From the NCBI GenBank assembly GCA_036339735.1, contig JAYZAL010000036.1:32001-96000 (forward strand): a stretch of DNA of 64,000 nt. Direction: 5' to 3'. Shown here piece by piece: positions 1-9,500 of this stretch (positions are counted from its first letter, which is position 1; each line of letters begins with the position of its first letter). Source of the stretch: Candidatus Poribacteria bacterium (GTDB lineage Bacteria; Poribacteria; WGA-4E; UBA9662). The notes under the pieces were generated by a model. That model saw only the letters and a list, made by a program, of their open reading frames with translations. It had not been told where the DNA came from and did no database searches. Both the position numbers and the translations under genes were made by a program.

Positions 1-2
1 TC

Positions 3-401
3 TCGTCTATTTACGAAACAGTTCCTGTTGGTTTGCAAGATCAGCCTAATTTTCTGAACGGAGTAATCAGGATCAAAACTGCTGTTCGTCCATTGAATCT
101 GTTGGAGATTTTGAAGCGAATTGAGGTTCAGGTTGGCCGTCAATACCGAAAACGCTGGGGACCTAGAGAAATCGATCTCGACATTTTGGTTTACGGCGAC
201 CTAGTTTTAGACCACCCGCTACTAAGAATTCCGCATCCAGAAATGCTGAACCGACAATTCGTGCTACAGCCTCTGGTTGAAATTCAGCCAGATTTAATTC
301 ATCCTTCTTGTAATCAAACTATCAGTCAGATTGTGTGTCATATGGCCACGGAAACAGAGACAGTCAGTCCGGAAAGGAAGAATTCAGACAGGCGACAATA
401 G
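3..401 (+). CDS. folK: 2-amino-4-hydroxy-6-hydroxymethyldihydropteridine diphosphokinase (HPPK), 5'-truncated by the window edge
   Basis: Frame is open from the window start: SSIYETVPVG..QPNFLN, RWGPREIDLDIL, IPHPEMLNRQFVLQPL are HPPK motifs. Confidence 0.95.
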   Translation, partial: SSIYETVPVGLQDQPNFLNGVIRIKTAVRPLNLLEILKRIEVQVGRQYRKRWGPREIDLDILVYGDLVLDHPLLRIPHPEMLNRQFVLQPLVEIQPDLIHPSCNQTISQIVCHMATETETVSPERKNSDRRQ

Positions 402-411
402 AGATTTCATC

Positions 412-1161
412 GTGTTATTATCAAATCAGCAAATTGAAAATTATCAGGATAACGGTTATCTTACAGGACTTGAGATTTCAGACTCAGAAGAAGTCAAGAC
501 CTTTCGAAAAGAATTTGATGAACTAGAAGTAAAAGAAGGAATTGAAAAATGCCAGATTGGCTTGGTTGATTACCACCTAAAGCACGAATTCATTTGGAAG
601 ATTGCAAACCACCCAAAAATTCTTGACTGTATCGAGCAATTAATAGGACCAGACATATTACTGTTGGCCACTCACTTCTTCTGCAAGTATGGACCAAATG
701 ATAAATTTGTGGCTTGGCATCAAGATGTGACCTACTGGGGTTTAAATCCACCGTTAGCTGTTACTGCGTGGTATGCCATTGATGATAGCGATATAGCTAA
801 TGGTTGTATGCAAGTGATTCCTAGGACCCATAAATCGGGCCTTGCAACTCATGGGACGTCAAATCGATCGGGTAATTTACTCAGTATTAATCAAGAAATT
901 GAGGTAGACAATACAAAATCGGCAGCCGCTGTTAATTTGATACTTAAGGCTGGTCAAATTTCTATTCATCACGGACACCTAATACATGGCAGTTTAGCTA
1001 ACCAGTCAAACCGGCGACGTTGCGGATTGACATTGCGATACGTGCCGCCATTCGTTCAACAAACCGAAGAAAATTCTATGGCAAGAAAATGGAAAGGGAT
1101 CTTGCTGCGTGGTCAAGATAACCACCAAAACTTCCCAAATATTATTCACCCTTTTATTTAG
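412..1161 (+). CDS. Phytanoyl-CoA dioxygenase (PhyH) family Fe(II)/2-oxoglutarate oxygenase
   Basis: WHQD (HxD), TAWYAIDD, NGCMQVIP, distal HGS and RRCG; likely start GTG 412 rather than 331, which overlaps folK. Confidence 0.9.
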   Translation: MLLSNQQIENYQDNGYLTGLEISDSEEVKTFRKEFDELEVKEGIEKCQIGLVDYHLKHEFIWKIANHPKILDCIEQLIGPDILLLATHFFCKYGPNDKFVAWHQDVTYWGLNPPLAVTAWYAIDDSDIANGCMQVIPRTHKSGLATHGTSNRSGNLLSINQEIEVDNTKSAAAVNLILKAGQISIHHGHLIHGSLANQSNRRRCGLTLRYVPPFVQQTEENSMARKWKGILLRGQDNHQNFPNIIHPFI

Positions 1162-1336
1162 CTGTGGGTTACTTATATAAAACCAGTAGAAATACTAGAA
1201 GAAAAATTGGCATGGTTACTAGGTGGGTTATTCCCAAGATCAGAGAATGGACAATTTAGTCTAGAAATAGGCAGGAAAATTGGTTACAATCATGGGGATA
1301 TGATCGCTGTAGTAGATAATGGGAGCTGAGACGCGC

Positions 1337-1936
1337 ATGGATTCAACAAATAAAGAAACAACTACGATAACATTGACAGAAGCAGCTGCGGAAAAGGTTC
1401 AGGCCATTATTGAGCAAGAATCATACGACGAAATAGCAGGTCTACGCATTAGTATTAGCGGACAAAAAGCAAATGAATTTGAATATGCATTAGGCTTAGA
1501 AGTTGAAGCTCGTCCCGATGATTTAGTGATTGAATCAAAAGGTGTCAAGGTACTAGTCGACCCTGCTAGTTTTAAGAATCTAGGTGGTGCTGAACTTGAC
1601 TACGTCGATGATTTGAACGCAAGTGGTTTTCGGGTTGATAATCCCAATCAGCCTACTTGGGAAGATCCGAGAGCACAGGAAATCCAGTTGGTAATAGATA
1701 ATCAGATTAACCCATCAGTGGCTTCTCATGGTGGCTATATTCAATTGCTTGATGTACAAGACGAAACTATTTATGTCCATATGGGAGGTGGCTGCCAAGG
1801 ATGTGGAATGGCTAAAGCAACACTCAAGCAAGGGGTAGAGCGTATAATCAAAGACCATTTCCCAGAGATTAATCATGTAATTGATACAACCGACCATGCT
1901 GCCGGTACCAACCCTTACTATCAGTCTGAATTGTAA
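1337..1936 (+). CDS. nfuA: Fe/S biogenesis protein NfuA (degenerate A-type domain plus Nfu domain)
   Basis: ITLTEAAAEKV, LDYVDDLNASGFRVDNPN, INPSVASHGG, GGGCQGC, VIDTTDHAAGTNPYY; start 1337 or 1319. Confidence 0.9.
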   Translation: MDSTNKETTTITLTEAAAEKVQAIIEQESYDEIAGLRISISGQKANEFEYALGLEVEARPDDLVIESKGVKVLVDPASFKNLGGAELDYVDDLNASGFRVDNPNQPTWEDPRAQEIQLVIDNQINPSVASHGGYIQLLDVQDETIYVHMGGGCQGCGMAKATLKQGVERIIKDHFPEINHVIDTTDHAAGTNPYYQSEL

Positions 1937-1964
1937 ACCAACAATTCAAAATTTATTATCAGCT

Positions 1965-1993
1965 AAGCAGAAGTTAACACTTCTGCTTTTTTT
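1965..1993 (+). terminator. Intrinsic terminator after nfuA
   Basis: AAGCAGAAGT-taac-ACTTCTGCTT perfect stem followed by a T run. Confidence 0.85.
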
Positions 1994-2028
1994 ATGCCCG
2001 AAAATAGGTTTCATCTGCAAATCTTAGA

Positions 2029-2057
2029 TAGACAAATATCCGAAATATTGATAGGAT
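2029..2057 (+). promoter_or_regulatory. Putative sigma70 promoter for the 2126 operon
   Basis: TAGACA-N17-TAGGAT with a TG extension before the -10 box. Confidence 0.5.
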
Positions 2058-2125
2058 TATGCGAGAAGAAAGAAAGCAAAAATATGAATGGTCTGTTATG
2101 GACCTTCTTTTGAGGATAATCAGAC

Positions 2126-3301
2126 ATGACCACTGAATATTACCGAGCTACTAATTTTGCTGATTCAAAAACTGAGCTATCGGCTCCGGGTGCTACACCC
2201 GAGCGGTTGGAGTATTTATCAAAATATGGTTTTGTCATCATCACTGACTTTGTAAATAATCCGTGGATACCTATTTTGAGAGAGGCTGGCCGCCGAGTGA
2301 CCGAAGCTTGTTCACCTGAAAATGGATACAAACTAATTGACAGTTCTAAAGGCTATGTTCACAGGGCAAAAGAAGATGAGCCTTGGGCAATTCGAGGACT
2401 AATTCATCCAGAATTTAACGAGCCTAGTTTCGCTAAATTTCATGGATCAACTGACTTCCTTGATTTTGTCGCTTCTTGGTGCCATGGGTTGCAAGCAGAA
2501 GATTTGGTTCTAAGAGGTATGCTATTATGGTGTAACCCTAGACGTTATGAAAATGGCCCTAGCTGGCACCGAGATGTTACTTGGTGGGGAACAGGTAAAG
2601 ACTACTTTTCACAAAAAGAGATTCGAGGAGAAGGCCCCGAAGCTTATTCTGAAGAAACAGAAAAGAAATTATGGAAAAAGATTCAGGAAAGAGGCGTTAA
2701 GTCAACAAAAGAGCGTAATGGGGTCAGTATGTTCCTCGCTTTAGTGGATGACGAATGTCATGAATTAATACCAGGGAGTCATTACCGTTGGAGAACCCCA
2801 TTCGAACACGACGTGTTATTACCACAGACGGCAAAGGATCAAGGTATACCTTATACACCCAGTTGGAATGGAATTGATCCACTACCTGGTCAAGTAGCAA
2901 TTAGGCTTAAGGCCGGAGAAGCTCTGATTCGGAATGGAGCAACTATCCACACCGGACATACTGTTCCAAACCGCGAACGAAATACATTGTCAATAGGTTG
3001 GTCAAAGTGGGATAGATCTTCTGATGAGCCATTGGTAGCGGATGCTAGGGATGCGTGGCAACTAGATCCAGCAGTGCGCGAAGGAATACCTTACTCATGG
3101 ATGCAAACCGCTTGGGATCGATGGGCACAGACAAAAAAATTAGGCAACACACTTGAGGATAGATATGCTGGTTACGATATTCAGCAGATCAAATCAGGTC
3201 ACGTAGTAGGTTGGAAAAGTGAACTGGAGCAAGAGGCTGCAAGGCTAGGTAATAGCTGGAAATCCTTCCAAACAGTATCTGAAACTCTGACGATCAAGTA
3301 A
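2126..3301 (+). CDS. PhyH-like Fe(II)/2OG oxygenase, long divergent form
   Basis: YGFVII, WHRD, FLALVDD..LIPGSH, LKAGEALI..IHTG..RNTL; GAGG RBS. Confidence 0.7.
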   Translation: MTTEYYRATNFADSKTELSAPGATPERLEYLSKYGFVIITDFVNNPWIPILREAGRRVTEACSPENGYKLIDSSKGYVHRAKEDEPWAIRGLIHPEFNEPSFAKFHGSTDFLDFVASWCHGLQAEDLVLRGMLLWCNPRRYENGPSWHRDVTWWGTGKDYFSQKEIRGEGPEAYSEETEKKLWKKIQERGVKSTKERNGVSMFLALVDDECHELIPGSHYRWRTPFEHDVLLPQTAKDQGIPYTPSWNGIDPLPGQVAIRLKAGEALIRNGATIHTGHTVPNRERNTLSIGWSKWDRSSDEPLVADARDAWQLDPAVREGIPYSWMQTAWDRWAQTKKLGNTLEDRYAGYDIQQIKSGHVVGWKSELEQEAARLGNSWKSFQTVSETLTIK

Positions 3302-3327
3302 AAAAAGCGAAAATACGGAACAAAAAC

Positions 3328-4509
3328 ATGAATCAACCAATATACCGAGTAGCAATTTTAGGGTGTCGATCTCGTGGTTCTGCGGCTGCCAGAGTTTATA
3401 ATGCACACCCAAGAACCAAAGTAGTTGGAATTTGTGACCTAGTAGAAGACCGCCTAAATAAAATAGGTGAGGAACTAGGTATCACAGCTCGATTTACTGA
3501 TTTAGACGAAATGATTAGGCACACTGAGCCAGATATTGTAGCCATTCCCACTGCACCGTCTCTACATGCTCCTTTGGCGTTAAAGGTCTTAGAACACGGG
3601 GTTAATATCGAGGTCGAAAAGCCAATGGGAATGGATCTAATAGAAACAGATTCTGTCATGAGAAAAGCAGTGGAGCAGAATGTTCAGGTAGCCGTTCACC
3701 ATCAATGGCGATTAAGTGGTTGGACACAAGCTATCAACCGGATCTATCAAGAAGGTGGGATAGGAGAGTTACGACACATTTATGCAAGTGGAAAAGGTTA
3801 TTACGGTGGATTTGGCTTAATGGAAATCGGAACGCATTTGCTAACCCACATGATGAAGTTTGGTGGAAGTTGTCGAGGAGTTACAGCCCACGCGACTACA
3901 CGTGGTAGACCCATTACACCAAACGATGTCTTACCTGCTCCACGAGGTAATGGCATCATTGCAGGTGATAATATTACGGCGTCCCTACAATTTGATAATG
4001 GAGTTACGGGAACGTTACTTCAACACAAATTCGATAGAATCAATTTAGACGCGCATGTAGTTGAGCTCTACGGTACTGAAGGGAGGTTGATGTGGCATCC
4101 ACATGGTGCATGGAAATTAAATAATCCTCACGTAGTACCACAAAATGGGCCTCCGAATTGGGAAGTTTTAACACCAATCTACCCAGATAGCTTCGCTGAA
4201 GCCGTCAAACAGATTTCTCATAATAGTGATATGATAGAGGGAGATTACTGGTTTGTAGAAGAGTATGTACGGGCTTTAGATGAAGGTCGTGAACATGAAT
4301 GCAGTGGGGCAGCGGGTAGTCATGTTATCGAAATCATTATGGGTATTTTTGAATCCGCGGCTTATGGAATTCATGTTAGTTTACCACAAGCTAACAGAAA
4401 GCATCCCCTTGTTCGATGGCGCGAGGAAGCTGGGCTCGGTGCACCAGAACCAATGCCAATGGCAGACGATAAATGGTTGATTGAAGAGCAAAAAAGACTA
4501 GGAGCCTGA
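3328..4509 (+). CDS. Gfo/Idh/MocA family oxidoreductase
   Basis: RVAILGC, DIVAIPT..H, VEKPM, GLMEIGTH, ELYGTEG. Confidence 0.9.
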   Translation: MNQPIYRVAILGCRSRGSAAARVYNAHPRTKVVGICDLVEDRLNKIGEELGITARFTDLDEMIRHTEPDIVAIPTAPSLHAPLALKVLEHGVNIEVEKPMGMDLIETDSVMRKAVEQNVQVAVHHQWRLSGWTQAINRIYQEGGIGELRHIYASGKGYYGGFGLMEIGTHLLTHMMKFGGSCRGVTAHATTRGRPITPNDVLPAPRGNGIIAGDNITASLQFDNGVTGTLLQHKFDRINLDAHVVELYGTEGRLMWHPHGAWKLNNPHVVPQNGPPNWEVLTPIYPDSFAEAVKQISHNSDMIEGDYWFVEEYVRALDEGREHECSGAAGSHVIEIIMGIFESAAYGIHVSLPQANRKHPLVRWREEAGLGAPEPMPMADDKWLIEEQKRLGA

Positions 4510-4541
4510 TGAATATGTTTCGCTCGAATAGCATCTTTTGC

Positions 4542-5543
4542 TTATATATTCGACTTGCCATCGATTGAGGTGGGTTGGATCGATGACGATAGCGGTCGAG
4601 TTAATCCGATTATTTTTCTCCCATCAACTAGTAGTTGGCGGGCCTCCACCTTATTTGGTTTTAGCTCTGAAAACTTGACAAGGTCTGCCCGTTGGAGAAA
4701 ATTCTCTATCTGAGTCCAAATTGGTTTCTTTACTCCAATATCCTTCAAACTGACTACTAATGATGGCGTTGGCAATTCCATGAACGGTAGTTCGTACCGA
4801 GCTTCCAGATATCTGCGAACCACCCGAGATAGCTGCGTATAATAGGTTTTGAACTGAGCAGCATCTATCCAGTTCGAGTTTTCTATCAAATCTAAATTAG
4901 CGTAAGCAATTTCGTGTGGTAGTTTACCTACTACAGAAGTTTCTGCTGGTCTAATCGGTCTGTACCTGTAGAAGTAAAACCAGATAATTCCCCCCCCCAA
5001 AGTCAACCCTAATATTGACCAAACGACATGGATCCACCACCGAATAGGTAATAAGATTGGCGGCTTGATATCTCGAATCCGATCCGGTTCATCTGAATTA
5101 TTTTTGACAGAATGAATTTTCAACTTATAGGTAGGTGTGTTAATTTTTTGCGTTCCTTGACGAATGTGGATTGATGGTAATGCATAATCTCCAATATTGA
5201 AAGCTTGCATAGAGAAAAAGACACGATACGGCCCGTTTTCAACTAATACAACTACCGGTTTATTCACAATTTCTAAACCAGAATCTGCTGGTAACCCAAA
5301 TGGTGAGATAACTAATTCGTTTTCACTGTCACCATCTAACTCAAGTACTAAGCTAAACTGGTCGCCTAAAACGACATGACTTGGTTCAAAGTAGTGAGAA
5401 GAGATGGTCAAGGCACAAGTCGGGTAGACAAAAATAAAAACGAAAAAAATGCTAAACAAACAAGAACTAAAACGAGAAAGGTAAGTAAACAACAGGAGTA
5501 AGAATTCACCAAAAAAGTGATCGAAATAAATGATTATCTGCAA
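4542..5543 (-). CDS. BatD/DUF4381-like membrane protein (Ig-like N-region, one TM helix, YYTQLS..RRYLE C-domain)
   Basis: IRDIKPP..TM..PHEIA..L, YYTQLSRVVRRYLE, ADLVKFS pattern seen in MoxR/VWA Bat operons; true start uncertain. Confidence 0.6.
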   Translation of the reverse strand: MQIIIYFDHFFGEFLLLLFTYLSRFSSCLFSIFFVFIFVYPTCALTISSHYFEPSHVVLGDQFSLVLELDGDSENELVISPFGLPADSGLEIVNKPVVVLVENGPYRVFFSMQAFNIGDYALPSIHIRQGTQKINTPTYKLKIHSVKNNSDEPDRIRDIKPPILLPIRWWIHVVWSILGLTLGGGIIWFYFYRYRPIRPAETSVVGKLPHEIAYANLDLIENSNWIDAAQFKTYYTQLSRVVRRYLEARYELPFMELPTPSLVVSLKDIGVKKPIWTQIENFLQRADLVKFSELKPNKVEARQLLVDGRKIIGLTRPLSSSIQPTSIDGKSNI

Positions 5544-5572
5544 CCGAAGATGAGGCTAGACATAACATATAT

Positions 5573-6565
5573 TTATCGCGCAATTAAAAGCGACCAACGA
5601 TGGTAGTTACCAATTTGAGACTTTGGAGTATAAGAAAAAGCATAGTCTAACTGCAAAGCAAATAAGTAGGAAACTGCTAAGCGATATCCTGCACCAATAT
5701 TCCAACTAGACGCACCATAGTTACCGAGCATACGCCCCCCCCTAACAGCAATTTCTGAATCAATACGATTAAGTCGAATCCAGTGTTCAACTCCCGCCTT
5801 GACTTGAGTTGAATTAGACGTAATTACCCTAAGGATTAATGGACGGTTGCCGGAAGTTGAAGACAATTTTTCGCTAGTAATTTCAGCTGTCAATGTCGTA
5901 TGGTTTGACGTCCAAGCTAAACCCATTCGAAACGTCCGATTCAAATGATTATAGTCTTTATCACTTGGGTTGAAAGAGATTCGAAGTGGACGTAAATTTT
6001 CTTGGACCAAGGCTAATTTAAGATTCGGCAATGGCCAGTAAAGTAGACCAATTGTTGGTAAAGGGTAAAAAGATTTGCGGATACCATCTGCAAACAAGGG
6101 GTCTTGGCGATCAGCGCCTAAATAAGCAACGGACAAACGTCTCAAATTCACGCCGATGCTCAATGGCAGGTTTAACTGAGTACTCAGATCGTAACCATAA
6201 GTTACTTGTAGTATCTGCTCTCGATACAAGTCTGGTTCACCATTTTGTAAAACAGCTAAGGAGGCAGTTCCATAGAAAAGATTTGGAATTGTTGTAGCTA
6301 ACATTTCCGTAGAAAACGCGCCCACGGGATAATGTACACGCGTTGTTGCCAATTCGTATCGGTCAATTTGAGAAATGCCCGCTGGATTCAAAAACACAGA
6401 AGCCGTGTCGTCGGCAACAGCCACGAATGCACCAGCCATTCCAACTGAACGTGCTGAAACATCAGCATGAAAGAAGGCCGCCCGAATAGGGGTTATAGGC
6501 ACCAGTAGAAGTACGAACCCAATGAACTTCAAAAAATAGTTTAATCGATAATTATTGACACTCAT
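5573..6565 (-). CDS. PorV/PorQ/PorP-like (FadL-type) outer-membrane beta-barrel protein
   Basis: Signal peptide; SARSVGMAGAFVAVADD..FLNPAG; C-terminal LDYAF..HRWSL strands. Confidence 0.75.
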   Translation of the reverse strand: MSVNNYRLNYFLKFIGFVLLLVPITPIRAAFFHADVSARSVGMAGAFVAVADDTASVFLNPAGISQIDRYELATTRVHYPVGAFSTEMLATTIPNLFYGTASLAVLQNGEPDLYREQILQVTYGYDLSTQLNLPLSIGVNLRRLSVAYLGADRQDPLFADGIRKSFYPLPTIGLLYWPLPNLKLALVQENLRPLRISFNPSDKDYNHLNRTFRMGLAWTSNHTTLTAEITSEKLSSTSGNRPLILRVITSNSTQVKAGVEHWIRLNRIDSEIAVRGGRMLGNYGASSWNIGAGYRLAVSYLFALQLDYAFSYTPKSQIGNYHRWSLLIAR

Positions 6566-6583
6566 ATAAAAAAGGAAATAAAC

Positions 6584-9500
6584 TCAACGAGCAATAACAC
6601 ACACACCTTTTTTAACATCTGTATCACTAGAAGGGCGTAACCGTCCTTTTCGCTCAGTTTCAGTAAAGTTGTTGGAGTCTGTGTAACCCACGGTCAATAC
6701 GTAGAAATAAGCCCCCGAAGGTAACAAATATCCTCTTTGATCTTTACCATTCCAACGAAAACGCCACCATTGGTTTTGTTGTATAGCCTGACTTGATTGA
6801 TACATTAATTGACCTGATGGAGTATAGACGAAAAATTCACTTTCAGCAATCGAACGTTCGTTTTGCGATCGAAATGAAATGATGAATTGGTCGTTATAAG
6901 TAGTTAGACCAGGAGTAATAATTCGACTAGGTGGGTCAATTTGGCAAATTAGTCCACTAGCCAGTGATTCAACGGTATCAATAGTGATAGTTTGATCATA
7001 ATAAGGCCCGGCTGCGACAATTTCATCGGCCCGAAGTGCAGGTAAAGGAGGTAGTTTTTCATCCTCGTCGTTGTTTTCATCATCCAAAGTAATATTACTG
7101 CTCCTAATATAACCTCGAGTTTGCCCTTCAACTAAATAGCCAAAGCCGAAGTCTTTGCTGCTACTAATGTAATACCACTGACCTCTTTTAGCGACTGCCG
7201 TAATTCGTTCATTATTAATATAGCCGATAATTTGGCCACTTTTTTCAGGTTTGGCAAATAACGGAACACTCCCTTTCGTATTAGCATTACCTGATCTCAC
7301 TAGTGGATTAGTTACTTCCGAGCTGCTATCGTTTTTGTCATCTATTTCATTAGTTTCTACATTTGGAGATACGATTTGAGAGAATTTTCGCCAAGCACTA
7401 CTGATCGCTGAAACAGAAACAAGGCGAAGGTTATATTGCCCGGCTTGCTGGAGGTTGGAAAGTCGCAAATCCCAGATGAATTCGGTCTTATTTTGCTGTT
7501 TTTGGCCCAATGTAGATAATGAGATACTATCGGAAGCGGGCTCGCCGGGAATCCGGATAGTTGCTATTTGCCATACTTCAGTTCCATTTAATCTAAATAG
7601 CAGCATCAAATTAGGGAGAGGAGTTGGAAACTCCTGAAAAGTTAGTTCAACAGATATTTTAGTCTCGTCAACTGGCTGTGTAGAGAATGTTTTGAATTGT
7701 GGCGTCAGACGTCCTGTGTTGTTAACACGTACTTCGCGTACGGTCTCAGCCTTCCTATTTTCCTGATCCTCAACAACCAGTTTAAGGACAACTACTTGGT
7801 CTAGATTAGCAAGGTCGTCCATACCCGCAAACCATGCAACGGTATATCGGGTATAACGTTCCATTGGAATATCATCAATACTGGAAATTTCGACTTTTTT
7901 TGTATCCAAGTCCATGTTTTGTAACACACACGGCTTAAAGTTTTCTTCAACCGTTACTGGTAATGAAGGTGCAGTTGACACAACTGATGAATCAGAAATG
8001 GACTCATTCTGGGCACGCACATAATAGAAGGCACTGACCCAAACTTTTTGAGATTCCCAATGTGCATCTGGGTCTCTCAAATTGAGCAAAATCCGACGAG
8101 TAGAGAATTCGTCATATGGAGTTGAATCAATTTTCAGACTAGCTATCACAGGTCGGTCTAACACCTGTACAACCTGAACTGTGGCCCGCGCGGTAGTTTT
8201 AGATTGACTTGTAATTCGTTCTGCAACCTGAAACTCGACGATTTCATTGTCTTTGGTAAACCAGTTAGGTTCGGCAGTGGAAAAAGTCGCAACCCCATTC
8301 TTGATCGTAACCGAAAGTTGATCTGGTTTTTTGATAATTGAAAACTTTACTTGGGCATCAACTGGCTGCTTGTTGGCAAAATCAACGCTTTCCACCAGTT
8401 TCAATAAATTAGTCGAAGAAGTTTGATCCTCTTCAAAGGTCACATTAAAATCTGAGAAAGTGATTTCATCTGGCTGAGGCACAACCGAAACATTAACAGG
8501 AATAGTTAGTTTCTGTTGCTCTGTATCTTCAACACTGAGTTCGATTGATATCTTCCGGGGTGTAGCTTCCAATCTAGAATGCCAATCCGGAGCGGGCACT
8601 AGGAAAAGTGTATGCTCTTCGATTTTGACGGTTATATTGTCAACTGAATCAGCTGAATACTTGAGTCTGGTCGGTTCGTCCTCATCATCTAGAAAGTATT
8701 CTGATAAATCAAGTTTAAAATCAAGTTGATCTTCTATAAGGTTATTAATTGCTCTTAGAGGTTTAGCAGGATTAACCCTTGGTTTCTCTGCCGTTGGTAT
8801 GACTGTAACTCGAATTGACTGATTTGTTACATTCTTGTCCGTATCAGTGGCACTGATGGTTACGATTTCTGTTCCATGCCAATCGTTATCGGAAACCGAA
8901 AAAGTCAGTTGTTGTTTTGTGGGTTGATTGGTGGCCGTGATCTGTACCCCATTTTCTTCAATTTTGATGATGAGTTTATCAACTGGGTCGTTATCCCCAA
9001 CAATATCTTGCCACTTTATAGTCAACTGGGAAGGCGAATTTGTCTTGTCTGATTCATCAAAACTTATAGAATCAACAACGAAGATCGGAGGCCCAGTTGT
9101 TTGTTTGACAGTAATTGTTATTTGACCTATTGCGGTCAGATTTTCTGTCCCATCTATTTCTTTATTTCTATCGGTAACGGTCACGGTGATTTTTTCGGTA
9201 CCAGCCCACGCTTCTTCCTTTGCTTCAACAATAAGATAAGCTTTTAAATCGACTATATCAACAAATGCATCCAGATGCTCGCTACCCTCCACTTTCCAAC
9301 TTAGCTCATCATTATATTGATCATCGTCGAACACCAGGTCGTCGGTATCAAATTCACCTTTTTCACCCTGATTTACCACAAGAGGTTGTTGCTTGAGAAA
9401 CAATGGTGGTTCAGCGACAGGCATGACATTGAGAACGGCTTGAGCTTGTACTTCCCCTTCTTTACCATCAACCTTACCGACGGAGCCAACCTTAATAACA

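Noticed and set aside
1207-1222. TTGGCATGGT resembling a sigma54 -24 box (also on the minus strand near 51970)
   Set aside because: No GC at the required GG-N10-GC spacing
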